Source: an uncultured Clostridia bacterium (GTDB lineage: Bacteria; Bacillota; Clostridia; Oscillospirales; CAG-382). From it: a stretch of 64,000 nucleotides of DNA. Numbering within the stretch: the stretch's first letter is position 1; each line of letters opens with the position of its first letter. Both the position numbers and the translations under genes were made by a program. Of the stretch, positions 46,303-56,836 are shown piece after piece. The notes under the pieces are model-generated. The model was not told the DNA's origin. It did not search any database and saw only the letters and a list, made by a program, of their open reading frames with translations. Location of the stretch: contig CALWBE010000016.1 of NCBI GenBank assembly GCA_944375955.1, positions 9,405-73,404 on the forward strand. The letters run 5' to 3'.

Positions 46303-47373
46303 TTATATTGATATTTTTTCAGCTATCTCATATACAGAAAGCATCCTCTGGCGCTTTATTTCCGAATCTGCTACCATTTTTGCTATCTGCTCGTCAGAAA
46401 ATCCGGTTATATCTTCCGGCTTGATCTTACCTTTACATAACTTATCGTATGTAAGTGCGTATTCTATATCTATTCCGCATATTACTTCGTCATGAATACA
46501 TACGACCATATTTGACTTGCCGTCAAGTAAAAGTTCGACAGCCTTATATCCCATAAGACTTGCAAGCTCTCTATCCCTCAGTGTCGGAGTTCCGCCTCTC
46601 TGTACATGGGCAAGCCTTGCAAATTTCGTTTCTATTCCGGTTTCATCCTGGATTCTTTTGGCAAGATTTTCAGAAAAATCCGGTCCGAACGCTTCCGAAA
46701 CAATTATTATAAAGTTTCTTTTCTTCGCTTTTTTAAGCGCTATCATTTTCTCTATCGTCTCATCTATATCAAACGGAAATTCCTCAATCGCTATTCCGAC
46801 CGCGCCTGTTGCAAGCCCCGTATTTATAGCAATATATCCGGCATTTCTGCCCATTACCTCAACAACATTGCATCTTGCATGCGATTCGCATGTGTCACGA
46901 AGCTTATCCACAAGCTCTACTACAGTATTCATCGCCGTATCATAACCTATGGTATAGTCAGTCGCCGAAATGTCATTGTCAATAGTTCCCGGAAGCCCTA
47001 TACACGGTATGCCACGCCTTGTAAGATCCTGAGCTCCTCTGAATGTGCCATCTCCTCCTATCGTTACAAGGCCGTCTATCTTATTGTCTCGACAGGTCTT
47101 TATAGCCTTCTGCAAACCGCTCTCTTCTTTGAATTCAAGGCAACGATCAGTAAAAAGCATTGTACCGCCATGATTTATTATATTCGCAACATCGCGAGCA
47201 TCAAGAAGCTTCATGTCGTTTTCGACAAGTCCTCTATATCCGCCGAATATACCCATGACTTCAACGCCGTTTTGTACAGCCGTCCTTACTACACTGCGTA
47301 TAGCAGCATTCATGCCCGGAGCATCTCCTCCGGAAGTAAGAACTCCTATTCTTCTAAACTTTTTATCAGCCAT
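46303..47373 (-). CDS. pfkA: ATP-dependent 6-phosphofructokinase
   Basis: IGVLTSGGDAPGMNAAIRSVV, GGDGTFRGA, PGTIDNDI and MGRNAGYIA. Confidence 0.9.
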   Translation of the reverse strand: MADKKFRRIGVLTSGGDAPGMNAAIRSVVRTAVQNGVEVMGIFGGYRGLVENDMKLLDARDVANIINHGGTMLFTDRCLEFKEESGLQKAIKTCRDNKIDGLVTIGGDGTFRGAQDLTRRGIPCIGLPGTIDNDISATDYTIGYDTAMNTVVELVDKLRDTCESHARCNVVEVMGRNAGYIAINTGLATGAVGIAIEEFPFDIDETIEKMIALKKAKKRNFIIIVSEAFGPDFSENLAKRIQDETGIETKFARLAHVQRGGTPTLRDRELASLMGYKAVELLLDGKSNMVVCIHDEVICGIDIEYALTYDKLCKGKIKPEDITGFSDEQIAKMVADSEIKRQRMLSVYEIAEKISI

Positions 47374-47435
47374 TTATAATTACCTCGCAGAAAATCGTAT
47401 TTTTTATCTTTTTTGTATAATATCAAATCATAGAT

Positions 47436-47464
47436 ATTTTAATACTTTTTTCAGCAAAAAGCAA
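47436..47464 (-). promoter_or_regulatory. pfkA promoter, near-duplicate of the glg promoter
   Basis: Minus strand: TTGCTT (47459-47464), 17 nt, TAAAAT (47436-47441). The palindrome CTTTTTT-CAGC-AAAAAG lies at 47445-47461. Confidence 0.5.
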
Positions 47465-47532
47465 TAGATTTTTAGTTTTGTTTTTTAATATTTTGTAAAC
47501 AACAATATTTTTGTTTTTTTATAAATATTCTG

Positions 47533-48273
47533 TTATTTATTCTCTTTGTCTGAAAAAACACGGCTCATCATTTCCTCATATGCCTGCTCTGTTCCACCTA
47601 AATCACGGCGGAATCTGTCTTTGTCAAGCTTTTCGTTTGTCTCTGCATCCCAAAAGCGGCAGGTGTCAGGCGATATTTCATCGGCAAGAACTATTGTGCC
47701 GTCCGGAAGTTTGCCAAACTCAAGCTTGAAATCAACAAGCTTTACTCCGATATCAGCAAAAAATTTCTTTAATATCTCATTTATTTTGAACGCTGTTTCC
47801 TTTATCTCAGCAATTTCTTCTTTTGTAGCCAATTTTAACGCAATAGCATGGTATTGGTTAAGCATCGGATCATGCAGTGCGTCGTTTTTATATGAAAATT
47901 CTATAGTCGGCTCATCAAAAACGATTCCTTCCTCTACGCCGTATTTCTTTGAAAATGATCCAGCCGATATATTCCTTATTATAACTTCAAGCGGCACGAT
48001 ACTAACTTTTTTTACTACGGTCTCTCTATCTGACAGCTCACGTACATAATGGGTTCGTATTCCATGTTCTTCAAGCTTCTGCATTAAGTAATTTGACATT
48101 CGGTTATTTATAGACCCTTTTCCCGTTATTGTGCCTTTTTTCAACCCGTCAAGCGCCGTAGCATCGTCTTTATATGAAACGATCACGTAGTCTGCGCAGT
48201 CTGTAGAATATACTTTTTTTGCTTTTCCTTCATAAAGAAGTTCACATTTTTTCACTTCGTCTTTGATACTCAT
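47533..48273 (-). CDS. purC: phosphoribosylaminoimidazole-succinocarboxamide synthase
   Basis: LLYEGKAKKVYSTD...DDATALDG...KGSINNRMS...LEVIIRN...DEISPDTCRFWD. Confidence 0.95.
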   Translation of the reverse strand: MSIKDEVKKCELLYEGKAKKVYSTDCADYVIVSYKDDATALDGLKKGTITGKGSINNRMSNYLMQKLEEHGIRTHYVRELSDRETVVKKVSIVPLEVIIRNISAGSFSKKYGVEEGIVFDEPTIEFSYKNDALHDPMLNQYHAIALKLATKEEIAEIKETAFKINEILKKFFADIGVKLVDFKLEFGKLPDGTIVLADEISPDTCRFWDAETNEKLDKDRFRRDLGGTEQAYEEMMSRVFSDKENK

Positions 48274-48295
48274 AATTTTTGCCTTTCTTTTTTAT

Positions 48296-49723
48296 TTATT
48301 TTTTTCTGTCAGACAACTTTTTCTCAAATCGGTGCTTTCCTGTGTCCTTTGGTATATCTGTCGGATACACCCCATCAAAGCACGCTTTGCATATGCATTT
48401 TGTCCCAGCAAGTTCACACAGTCTCTCAGCAGGGAAATATCCGAGGCTGTCAGCTCCTATAATTTTCGCCGTTTCTTTCACGGAATGACTGCACGCAATA
48501 AGATTATCCCTTGAATCGACATCAGTGCCGTAATAGCACGGATTAAGAAAAGGTGGAGATGATATTCTCACATGAATCTTCTCTGCCCCAGCATCGCGCA
48601 GAAGTTTTATTATACGCGCCATCGTATTCCCTCTTACTATTGAATCATCAACAAGCACTATACTTTTTCCGTAAACCGTAGATTTTACTACATTTAGCTT
48701 TATCTTTAATCCGTCTATGCGTTCATTTTGCTCAGGAGATATAAAAGTCCTGCCTATATACTTATTCTTTATAAAGCCTATGCTGTATGGTATACCTGAG
48801 GATTCGGAAAAACCCAGAGCTGCATCAAGCCCGGAATCCGGTATTCCTATTACCACATCCGCTTCAGCAGGGCTCTCTGCTGCAAGTATTTTTCCTGCAA
48901 GTCTTCTTGATTCATGAACGGTTACACCACCTATCACAGAGTCGGGACGTGCAAAATAAATATACTCAAATATACATGACGTAACTGTTTTTGTTCCACA
49001 GTGACCTTTATCCGAATGTACACCGTCTTTATCAAAAATCAATATTTCTCCCGGACAAATATCCCTTATAAATCTCGCTCCTATGCTTTGTAACGCGCAG
49101 CTTTCGGAAGCAACTACATATATCCCGTCATCTGTCTTCCCATAACACAGCGGTCTGAATCCGTGAGGATCCCTTGCAGCTATAAGTTTTGCCGGCGACA
49201 TAAGCACAAACGAATATGCACCGTCTGTAATATCCATAGCACGACTCACTGCAGTTTCTATTGACGGAGATGTGAGCCTTTCTTTAGTTATTATGTAGCA
49301 TATTGTCTCAGTATCGCTTGTAGTATGAAATATTGCGCCGCCATTTTCAAGGCTGTCTCGGAGTTCTGATGAATTAACAAGGTTTCCGTTATGAGCAAGC
49401 GCCATATGACCTTTTTTATGATTTACTTCAATCGGCTGGCAGTTATTTCTGTCTGCAGACCCGGTAGTAGCATACCTTACGTGACCTATTGCCATACCGC
49501 CCCTTGGCAGAGACGAAAGTACATTTTTAGTAAAAACCTCATTTACAAGCCCTATATCTTTATGTGAACTGAATACGCCGTCATCATTTACCACTATTCC
49601 GCACGATTCCTGGCCGCGGTGCTGAAGTGCATACAGACCGTAATAAACCATATGTGCGGCATCAAACGAAGCTGTCGGAGAAAATACTCCAAAAACTCCG
49701 CATTCTTCATGCATACCGCTCAT
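48296..49723 (-). CDS. purF: amidophosphoribosyltransferase
   Basis: The propeptide is followed by CGVFGVF (Ntn Cys). It also has [27 protein letters not shown] and a C-terminal Cys cluster. It overlaps pyrG by 4 nt. Confidence 0.95.
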   Translation of the reverse strand: MSGMHEECGVFGVFSPTASFDAAHMVYYGLYALQHRGQESCGIVVNDDGVFSSHKDIGLVNEVFTKNVLSSLPRGGMAIGHVRYATTGSADRNNCQPIEVNHKKGHMALAHNGNLVNSSELRDSLENGGAIFHTTSDTETICYIITKERLTSPSIETAVSRAMDITDGAYSFVLMSPAKLIAARDPHGFRPLCYGKTDDGIYVVASESCALQSIGARFIRDICPGEILIFDKDGVHSDKGHCGTKTVTSCIFEYIYFARPDSVIGGVTVHESRRLAGKILAAESPAEADVVIGIPDSGLDAALGFSESSGIPYSIGFIKNKYIGRTFISPEQNERIDGLKIKLNVVKSTVYGKSIVLVDDSIVRGNTMARIIKLLRDAGAEKIHVRISSPPFLNPCYYGTDVDSRDNLIACSHSVKETAKIIGADSLGYFPAERLCELAGTKCICKACFDGVYPTDIPKDTGKHRFEKKLSDRKK

Positions 49724-51342
49724 ATTCCGCTTCCATTCTCTCTCTTAAGTGCCGCTTCTATAAATCCGGCAAACAAAGGATGAGGTCTATTGGGTCTGCT
49801 CTTAAATTCCGGATGATACTGCACTCCTACAAAAAAGTCGTATCCTTCGTCATTAAGTTCTACTGTCTCTACAAGTCTGCCGTCCGGAGAAAGGCCGCTC
49901 AGAACAAGTCCGTTTTCCTCAAGTATGCTTCTATATTCATTATTGAATTCATAACGGTGACGGTGTCTTTCACTTATCGACAACTTCCCATAACAGCGTT
50001 CCATTGTCGTCCCCCGCTTTATTTCACATGGATAACTGCCAAGCCTTAGAGTACCGCCTTTATCTATCTCGTCGTTTTGGCCCGGCATAAAGTCTATTAC
50101 CTTTGCCTTTGACTCTGGATCAAACTCTCCTGAAGTCGCTTCATTTATACCCGCTTTATTCCTTGCAAATTCTATTACCGCAATCTGCATTCCTAAACAT
50201 ATCCCAAAATAAGGTATCTTATTTTCTCTCGCATAACCTGCGGCAACTATCATTCCTTCAATTCCGCGGTCTCCAAAACCGCCCGGCACTATTATTCCGT
50301 CAATATTGCTTAACTTTTCTTTACAATTTTCTTTTGTGACTGTTTCTGAATCTATCCATTCAATATCAATCTTCGCTTCATGATAATATCCAGCGTGCCT
50401 TAAAGCTTCAGCTACTGAAAGATATGCGTCATGCAATGCGACATATTTCCCAACAAGCCCTATCTTAACTGACCTGCTTCTGTTTTTTATGCTTTCTACC
50501 ATCTTCTCCCATTCATACAGCTGCGGTTCGGGAGCTTCTATTCCCAATTCGCGGCATACAATAGAAGAAAATCCGGCCTTTTCAAGCATTAGAGGTGCTT
50601 CATACAATATAGGAAGCGTTACATTCTCTATTACGCAGTCGTCTTTTACATTGCAGAATCCGGCTATTTTCTCAAAGACTGTTCTGTCCGTTATCGGCTC
50701 GTCTGTTCTCAAAACAATGATATCCGGCATTATTCCGAGTCCTTGAAGTTCTTTTACCGAATGCTGAGTCGGTTTTGTCTTATGTTCTCCCGAAGCTTTC
50801 AGATATGGCACCAGTGTTACATGGATATAAAGAGCGTTTTCTTTGCCTGCCTCATATCCTATCTGTCTTATCGCTTCTATAAAAGGCTGACTCTCTATAT
50901 CACCTATAGTTCCGCCTATCTCTGTTATAACTATATCCGCATCTGTCTTCTTTCCCACACGATATATGAACTTTTTTATTTCATCAGTTATGTGGGGAAT
51001 CGTCTGTACTGTTTTACCCAAATATTCTCCGCGTCTTTCTTTATAAATTACATTAGAGTATACTTTGCCGGTTGTCAGATTTGAATATTTATTAAGATCT
51101 TCATCTATAAATCTCTCATAATGTCCGAGATCCAAGTCCGTTTCAGCTCCGTCTTCCGTGACAAATACCTCGCCGTGCTGATACGGACTCATTGTTCCCG
51201 GATCTACATTTATATACGGATCAAGTTTCTGGGCCGCAACCTTTAATCCTCTTGATTTCAAAAGTCTGCCTAGCGACGCTGCGGTAATGCCTTTTCCAAG
51301 GCCTGAAACTACTCCGCCGGTGACAAATATATATTTCGTCAT
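49720..51342 (-). CDS. pyrG: CTP synthase
   Basis: [23 protein letters not shown], the GATase domain GICLGMQ and QYHPEF. Confidence 0.95.
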   Translation of the reverse strand: MTKYIFVTGGVVSGLGKGITAASLGRLLKSRGLKVAAQKLDPYINVDPGTMSPYQHGEVFVTEDGAETDLDLGHYERFIDEDLNKYSNLTTGKVYSNVIYKERRGEYLGKTVQTIPHITDEIKKFIYRVGKKTDADIVITEIGGTIGDIESQPFIEAIRQIGYEAGKENALYIHVTLVPYLKASGEHKTKPTQHSVKELQGLGIMPDIIVLRTDEPITDRTVFEKIAGFCNVKDDCVIENVTLPILYEAPLMLEKAGFSSIVCRELGIEAPEPQLYEWEKMVESIKNRSRSVKIGLVGKYVALHDAYLSVAEALRHAGYYHEAKIDIEWIDSETVTKENCKEKLSNIDGIIVPGGFGDRGIEGMIVAAGYARENKIPYFGICLGMQIAVIEFARNKAGINEATSGEFDPESKAKVIDFMPGQNDEIDKGGTLRLGSYPCEIKRGTTMERCYGKLSISERHRHRYEFNNEYRSILEENGLVLSGLSPDGRLVETVELNDEGYDFFVGVQYHPEFKSRPNRPHPLFAGFIEAALKRENGSGI

Positions 51343-51406
51343 AAATCAAATTTACCCCTATCGTCTAACTTTTTATAAACGTTAATGTTATCTCTGCGCA
51401 GCCTCG

Positions 51407-51991
51407 TTATCTGTATGTTCTTATGATCCTCTCAGCTATCTGCTTTTTGGAACAGCGCTCATTCATTGCCTGTTTTTCTATGTATCTGTGCGCTTCTTCT
51501 TCTGACATCTTCAGAAACTCGATAAGCAGCCACTTTGCGTGGTTTACTGTTCTTATTTCTTCCATTTTGTCTTTAAGAGATGCGCTTTCTTTGCGCACAC
51601 ATTTTATTTTCTCGTGCACAGCACACAAAAGATGTATCGACTGCAAGATAAATGACGGTGATGTTGGTTTTGAAAGCGTCAATATCCCTAATTCCATAAC
51701 TTTTGCCGTTACTCCTTCATATATGTCATTTTTTACAAACAGCAAAACTCCCGTCTCTGAATTTTCGGATACCTCTGTTGCAAATATTATACCCTGATCA
51801 TCAGGCAATGGCGAATTTATTACAATGATATCGTAAGTTCTTTCAAGTACTTTTCTTTTTGCTTCTGATATATTACCAACTGTATCAACCGGATAAAAAT
51901 CACATTCGGGCAGTATCGATGACATATAGGAATTGAACTTCCCGGATGCTGAAACTATCAGAACACTGTACACACATTCCTTAAATGTCAA
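51407..51991 (-). CDS. ANTAR-domain RNA-binding antiterminator with a receiver-like N-terminal domain (NitR/AmiR-like)
   Basis: The C-terminal ANTAR helices are VNHAKWLLIEFLKMSEEEAHRYIEKQAMNERCSKKQIAERIIRTY. The N-terminus has a CheY-like fold (VLIVSASG...DIIVINSPLPD). Confidence 0.75.
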   Translation of the reverse strand: MTFKECVYSVLIVSASGKFNSYMSSILPECDFYPVDTVGNISEAKRKVLERTYDIIVINSPLPDDQGIIFATEVSENSETGVLLFVKNDIYEGVTAKVMELGILTLSKPTSPSFILQSIHLLCAVHEKIKCVRKESASLKDKMEEIRTVNHAKWLLIEFLKMSEEEAHRYIEKQAMNERCSKKQIAERIIRTYR

Positions 51992-52036
51992 AAAACACTG
52001 CCTCCTTTCATTTCCCGCAGTTTTACTGCAGATCTA

Positions 52037-53251
52037 TTACATTGTATATTCCTTAATTATCTTCTCAGTAAGACAACTACGCAGAAAAACGCTCTCTGAA
52101 GCTGCTTTTTTAGCCTGCTCCAAAGTAAGCGGCAAAGTTTTGTATTTCTTTGTTATTTCCTCGCTGATATTTGCGCCAAACAAATTTATATCTGCCGCTA
52201 CCGGAGGAAGTATCTCATTTTTAAGTCCCTCAAGACCGGCATATATTATAAGCGCAAATGCAAGATACGGATTTGCTCCGGGATCTGGAGAACGAAGTTC
52301 TACACGCCTATAATCTCCTCCTGCAGCGGGAATTCTTATAAGCTGCGAACGGTTTTCAGACGACCATGTTATATATTTCGGAGCTTTTTGCTTTCCAAGC
52401 CTGTCATATGAATTTTCGTTAGGATTCAAAAACAGTGTCATATCGTTTATGTTTTTTAATATCCCGGATATAACATACGGCAAAAGATCATGTTTTTTTC
52501 CGCTTTTTACGGATACGTTTATATGAAATCCGTTGCCCGGAAAATCACTTAGCGGCTTTGCAGAAAAATCTGCAAAAAGACCGTTTCTCGCCGCTACCGT
52601 CCGTACTACAGATTTAAAAGTTACGGCATTATCAGCCGCCGTCAGCGGATCTGAAAATTTAAAATCTATTTCATTTTGTCCCGGTCCCTCTTCATGATGA
52701 GAGCTTTCCGGATATATCCCCATCTTTTCCAATGTAAGACAAATCTCTCGCCTTACGTTCTCTCCCTTGTCATCAGGCGCAATATCCATATATCCGGCTT
52801 TATCATACGGAATATTTGTGGGCTCACCATTTTCATCAAGCTTAAAAAGATAAAACTCCATCTCCGAGCCAAACGAAAACAAATATCCAGCATTTGCTGC
52901 TTCTGACACCGCTTTTTTTAAAACTGCTCTTGTATCTGCACTGAAAGTTCGACCGTAAAAATCAGTTATGTCGCAAAACATGCGCACAACTCTGCCGTGT
53001 TCTGGACGCCATGGCAGAACTGAAATGGTTGACGGATCGGGATGAAGAAAAAGATCCGAATGCACTTCCCCGCCGAACCCCTTAATTGCCAATGAATCAA
53101 ATGCTATCCCGGTATCAAATGCCCGTATAAGCTCGTCCGGCATAACAGAAATATTTTTCTGATTACCAAAAATATCGCAAAAAGCCAAGCGTATGAACTT
53201 TACATCTTCTTCACTCACATACTGCATAATCTCTTTTGCTGAATAATTCAT
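52037..53251 (-). CDS. glnA: glutamine synthetase family protein (short type I-like, 404 aa)
   Basis: It has a beta-grasp N-terminus (VKFIRLAFCDIFGNQKN) and the catalytic region (HHEEGPGQNEIDF, NGFHINVS, ELRSPDPGANPYLA). Confidence 0.85.
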   Translation of the reverse strand: MNYSAKEIMQYVSEEDVKFIRLAFCDIFGNQKNISVMPDELIRAFDTGIAFDSLAIKGFGGEVHSDLFLHPDPSTISVLPWRPEHGRVVRMFCDITDFYGRTFSADTRAVLKKAVSEAANAGYLFSFGSEMEFYLFKLDENGEPTNIPYDKAGYMDIAPDDKGENVRREICLTLEKMGIYPESSHHEEGPGQNEIDFKFSDPLTAADNAVTFKSVVRTVAARNGLFADFSAKPLSDFPGNGFHINVSVKSGKKHDLLPYVISGILKNINDMTLFLNPNENSYDRLGKQKAPKYITWSSENRSQLIRIPAAGGDYRRVELRSPDPGANPYLAFALIIYAGLEGLKNEILPPVAADINLFGANISEEITKKYKTLPLTLEQAKKAASESVFLRSCLTEKIIKEYTM

Positions 53252-53286
53252 GTCGCACCCTCTTTTAAATTTGCTGAATCATCTTT

Positions 53287-54009
53287 TTAATTTGCTACAT
53301 ACATTTGCTTATATGGATTTTTGCTATCCGGAGTAACTACGGTAAAATATGAATTAAATATCTCATCTTTACCATATCCGAATATTTCACAAAACTCACT
53401 TATATAGCCTTCTATCTCTTGCATATCCTCATATGAAGCTTTTCTGGCATGTACCTGCCCAGGAAACTTTATTTTTTTGCAATCCGAACGAAGATACATT
53501 TTCCCGCCGTGCATTCCGGTACACGGAAATGCTCCTACAATATTCTTCTCGCCTATATCTATTCCTATAACTATTATAATTCCGCCTGCTTGATATTCCC
53601 CTAAAAAACTTCCCGCCGTGCCTCCTATGACCATTACGGGCAGCTTTTCTTTATATGCCTTCATATGTATACCTGCACGGTAGCCTGCATTTCCTTTCAC
53701 AAATATTCTTCCTCCGCGCATCGCGTATCCGGCAGCATCTCCTACGCTTCCCCTGACGATAATCTCTCCGCCGTCCATAGTATCTCCCACTGCATCCTGC
53801 GCGTTTCCAAAAACTTCTACCTTTGCTCCGTCAAGATATGCTCCGAGCGCATTTCCCGGTACTCCGTTTATAATTACGTTCTTTCCCTTAAGTCCGGCGG
53901 CAATAAATCTCTGTCCGAGACATCCGTTTATCACACAGTCATCAGCTGAGCTGCGCACCGCTTCATTAAGTTTTAAAAAATCAAGCTGACCTGCTTCTAT
54001 CGTTAACAT
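53287..54009 (-). CDS. glutamate synthase GXGXG (GltB C-terminal) domain protein
   Basis: It has repeated beta-helix G-x-G motifs (INGVPGNALGAYLDG, VRGSVGDAAGYAMRGG, VKGNAGYRAG). Confidence 0.8.
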   Translation of the reverse strand: MLTIEAGQLDFLKLNEAVRSSADDCVINGCLGQRFIAAGLKGKNVIINGVPGNALGAYLDGAKVEVFGNAQDAVGDTMDGGEIIVRGSVGDAAGYAMRGGRIFVKGNAGYRAGIHMKAYKEKLPVMVIGGTAGSFLGEYQAGGIIIVIGIDIGEKNIVGAFPCTGMHGGKMYLRSDCKKIKFPGQVHARKASYEDMQEIEGYISEFCEIFGYGKDEIFNSYFTVVTPDSKNPYKQMYVAN

Positions 54010-54113
54010 AAATTATACCACACTCCAAGACATTTTTGTTGATTTTTAAACACTAAAATTTTAATTTTTTTCCATTCTTTTGTATTCCATTTATTTTTTC
54101 AATAATTCTTTTT

Positions 54114-55619
54114 TTATTCTCCAGCATGAGCTATTCCGAGTATGCTGAGTTCTTTTTCATTCAGCCCTATTCCACGAAGCATAGATCTGTTGCCGCAAAG
54201 GCTTTCTATTGAATTTATACCCATGCCTCCCATAAGTTCTTTTATTTCATGACGCCATGCAGTCATAAGATTTACAAGCCGTTCGCTTCCGACATCCGGA
54301 TCAAGACGCTTTACAAGTTCGGGACGCTGAGTAGCTATTCCCCAGTTGCATTTTCCTGTCTGGCATGAACGGCAAAGATGGCATCCTAAAGCCAAAAGTG
54401 CCGCAGTTGCTACATAACATGCATCTGCTCCCAACGCTATCGCTTTTACAACGTCGGCTGCACTTCTTATGCTTCCTCCGGCAACAAGCGATATCTGATT
54501 TCTTATTCCTTCATCGCGAAGTCTCTGATCCACCGCTGCAAGTGCAAGTTCTACCGGTATACCAACATTGTCCCTTATTCTTGTAGGCGCAGCTCCGGTT
54601 CCTCCGCGGAAACCATCGATTGCTATAATATCTGCACCACTGCGTGCTATCCCGCTTGCTATCGCCGCTATATTATGTACCGCTGCAACTTTTACTATTA
54701 TCGGTTTTTTATATTCAGTCGCTTCTTTCAGCGAATAAACAAGCTGACGCAGATCTTCTATTGAATATATATCATGATGCGGTGCCGGTGATATCGCGTC
54801 AGAACCCTCTGGTATCATTCTCGTTCGTGATACATCTCCTACAATTTTCGTGCCCGGCAAATGACCTCCTATACCCGGTTTTGCTCCCTGTCCCATCTTT
54901 ATCTCAACTGCCGCTCCCGCTTCAAGATAATCTTTATGCACTCCGAATCTTCCTGACGCTACCTGTACTATCGTATTCGCGCTGTAACAATAAAAATCTT
55001 CATGCAAACCTCCTTCACCTGTATTATAGCAGATACCAAGCCGCTCCGCAGCTCTTGCAAGGCTCGCATGAGCATTATAGCTTATAGATCCATAACTCAT
55101 CGCCGAAAACATTACCGGCATAGAAAGCTCAAGCTGAGGAGATGTGTCACATATAAGTTCCCCTTGCGCATCTCTCTTTATATTATCATTCTTTTTCCCA
55201 AGAAAAACCCTTGTTTCCATCGGCTCGCGCAACGGATCAATGGACGGATTTGTAACCTGAGATGCATTAATTAAAATTCTGTCCCAATATACAGGCAAAG
55301 GTTTGGGATTACCCATTGATGAAAGCAATACGCCAGCGCTGTTTGCCTGTTTATATATCTCATTTATCGTGTCGTGCTGCCAGTTTGAATTTTCTTTCAG
55401 AACACATCTGCTCTTTACTGTTTTAAGCGCCCTCGTCGGACACATGGAAACACAACGCTGACAATTTACACATTTTGTATCATCTATTAAAATTGTTTTT
55501 CTTGTTTCATCATACGAATATACTTCATTTGCACACTGTTTTTCACACATCCTGCATTTTGTACAGCGTGAATCATTCCGCTCAACCTCAAATTCGGGAT
55601 AAATAAACTCGATACCCAT
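54114..55619 (-). CDS. glutamate synthase FMN-binding (GltB central) domain protein with an N-terminal 2x[4Fe-4S] ferredoxin
   Basis: CTKCRMCEKQC and CVNCQRCVSMCP, then the FMN/TIM-barrel motifs (KMGQGAKPGIGGHLPG, ISPAPHHDIYSIEDL, IAIDGFRGGTGAAP). Confidence 0.85.
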   Translation of the reverse strand: MGIEFIYPEFEVERNDSRCTKCRMCEKQCANEVYSYDETRKTILIDDTKCVNCQRCVSMCPTRALKTVKSRCVLKENSNWQHDTINEIYKQANSAGVLLSSMGNPKPLPVYWDRILINASQVTNPSIDPLREPMETRVFLGKKNDNIKRDAQGELICDTSPQLELSMPVMFSAMSYGSISYNAHASLARAAERLGICYNTGEGGLHEDFYCYSANTIVQVASGRFGVHKDYLEAGAAVEIKMGQGAKPGIGGHLPGTKIVGDVSRTRMIPEGSDAISPAPHHDIYSIEDLRQLVYSLKEATEYKKPIIVKVAAVHNIAAIASGIARSGADIIAIDGFRGGTGAAPTRIRDNVGIPVELALAAVDQRLRDEGIRNQISLVAGGSIRSAADVVKAIALGADACYVATAALLALGCHLCRSCQTGKCNWGIATQRPELVKRLDPDVGSERLVNLMTAWRHEIKELMGGMGINSIESLCGNRSMLRGIGLNEKELSILGIAHAGE

Positions 55620-55620
55620 A

Positions 55621-56715
55621 TCAATAACACCCCTCTTTTACCTTTACGATTACCGCTTCGCCGCCTTCCGGCGCATAAATGTTTTCCGCCTCAGGTTCCA
55701 TTGTGCGTATCGCCGCTTCTTCGCTCGCTATATAAACTTTGTCTTCCTTTTCTCCTACCACCATTGAGCGCAGCTTGAGCCTGTCATTTAACGCCATAAG
55801 ACCTCCCTCAAATCCCAATATTATTGAAAAAGGTCCTGTAACAAGCAAGCCGGAAAATGTTTTTCTAAGATATGTCAGTTTTTCTTTTTCCTTTTCTTCC
55901 ATATCCTCTATCGTGCTCCAGAACGGTGCAGCTATAACCGATGCGGCTTCTTTAAGCGTTAATCCTTTTTTCCTCAAAAGATAATCCATTATATATGTTA
56001 TAACCTCGGTGTCAGTCTTGAGCGTGCATCTGTATCCGAACATTTCTATATATCTTCGGTTTGCATCGTATGACGATATCTCTCCGTTATGAACTATAGA
56101 ATAATCAAGCAGTGCAAACGGATGCGCGCCTCCCCACCAGCCCGGCGTGTTTGTAGGATATCTTCCATGAGCGGTCCATGAATAGCCCTCATATTCATCA
56201 AGACAGTAGAATACACCGACGTCCTCCGGAAATCCAACCGCCTTGAAAGCTCCCATATTTTTACCGCTTGAAAAGCAATAACATCCGTCGATAAGTGAAT
56301 TTATCTTTATGACCGAACGTGCGACAAATTCCTTTTCATCAAGTTGCTTTGCCGAAAGCACCGATTTTAACGGCGATACAAAATATCTCATTATTACCGG
56401 AACATCCGTTATATTCGGATGCTTTCTTGTCGGAATAGGTTCACTCTTTACTATCTCAAATCCCTCTTTAAGAAAATTTTCACAATCAGTGCGCCTTGAC
56501 ATATCGTCAAAAAACATATGCATTGCGTAAAATTCCCTATATTCAGGATAAATGCCGTATCCTGCAAATCCTCCTCCTAATCCGTTGGAACGATCATGCA
56601 TAGGTATCATGCTTTTTATTATATTTTCTCCTGTCATTCTTTTGCCTTCTTTTGATATGACCGCCGAAATAGCACAGCCTGACGGAATTCTGACCTGACC
56701 TTCCAAATACTTCAT
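55621..56715 (-). CDS. class II glutamine amidotransferase (GltB N-terminal domain homologue)
   Basis: An Ntn-type GATase fold (IPSGCAISAV..., HGRYPTNTPGWWGGAHPF, VHNGEISSY). It is the first gene of the split glutamate synthase set. Confidence 0.75.
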   Translation of the reverse strand: MKYLEGQVRIPSGCAISAVISKEGKRMTGENIIKSMIPMHDRSNGLGGGFAGYGIYPEYREFYAMHMFFDDMSRRTDCENFLKEGFEIVKSEPIPTRKHPNITDVPVIMRYFVSPLKSVLSAKQLDEKEFVARSVIKINSLIDGCYCFSSGKNMGAFKAVGFPEDVGVFYCLDEYEGYSWTAHGRYPTNTPGWWGGAHPFALLDYSIVHNGEISSYDANRRYIEMFGYRCTLKTDTEVITYIMDYLLRKKGLTLKEAASVIAAPFWSTIEDMEEKEKEKLTYLRKTFSGLLVTGPFSIILGFEGGLMALNDRLKLRSMVVGEKEDKVYIASEEAAIRTMEPEAENIYAPEGGEAVIVKVKEGCY

Positions 56716-56740
56716 AAATTTTATCGACCTTTCAGAAAAA

Positions 56741-56795
56741 TAAAAAAAGATGCCCGTTTGAAGGCAAATATACCCTCAAATGAACATCTTTGTTC
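56741..56795 (-). promoter_or_regulatory. leader of the glt-glnA operon: long intrinsic terminator overlapped by a small hexaloop hairpin
   Basis: Minus strand: the terminator AAGATGTTCATTTGAGGG-loop-CCTTCAAACGGGCATCTT + T7. The competing hairpin GAAC-AAAGAT-GTTC (56782-56795) has a loop with A1/G4. Confidence 0.45.
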
Positions 56796-56807
56796 TTTAC
56801 TTTTGTT

Positions 56808-56836
56808 ATTCTAACATAAAAGTTTTTTAATGTCAA
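56808..56836 (-). promoter_or_regulatory. sigma-A type promoter of the glt-glnA operon
   Basis: Minus strand: TTGACA (56831-56836), 17 nt, TAGAAT (56808-56813). Confidence 0.6.

Noticed and set aside
46606-47379. 257-aa plus-strand ORF (also 46517-46945)
   Set aside because: It is entirely antisense to pfkA, which has unambiguous PFK motifs. It is a shadow ORF.
47546-48049. 167-aa plus-strand ORF
   Set aside because: It is antisense to purC, Ser-rich and has no family resemblance.
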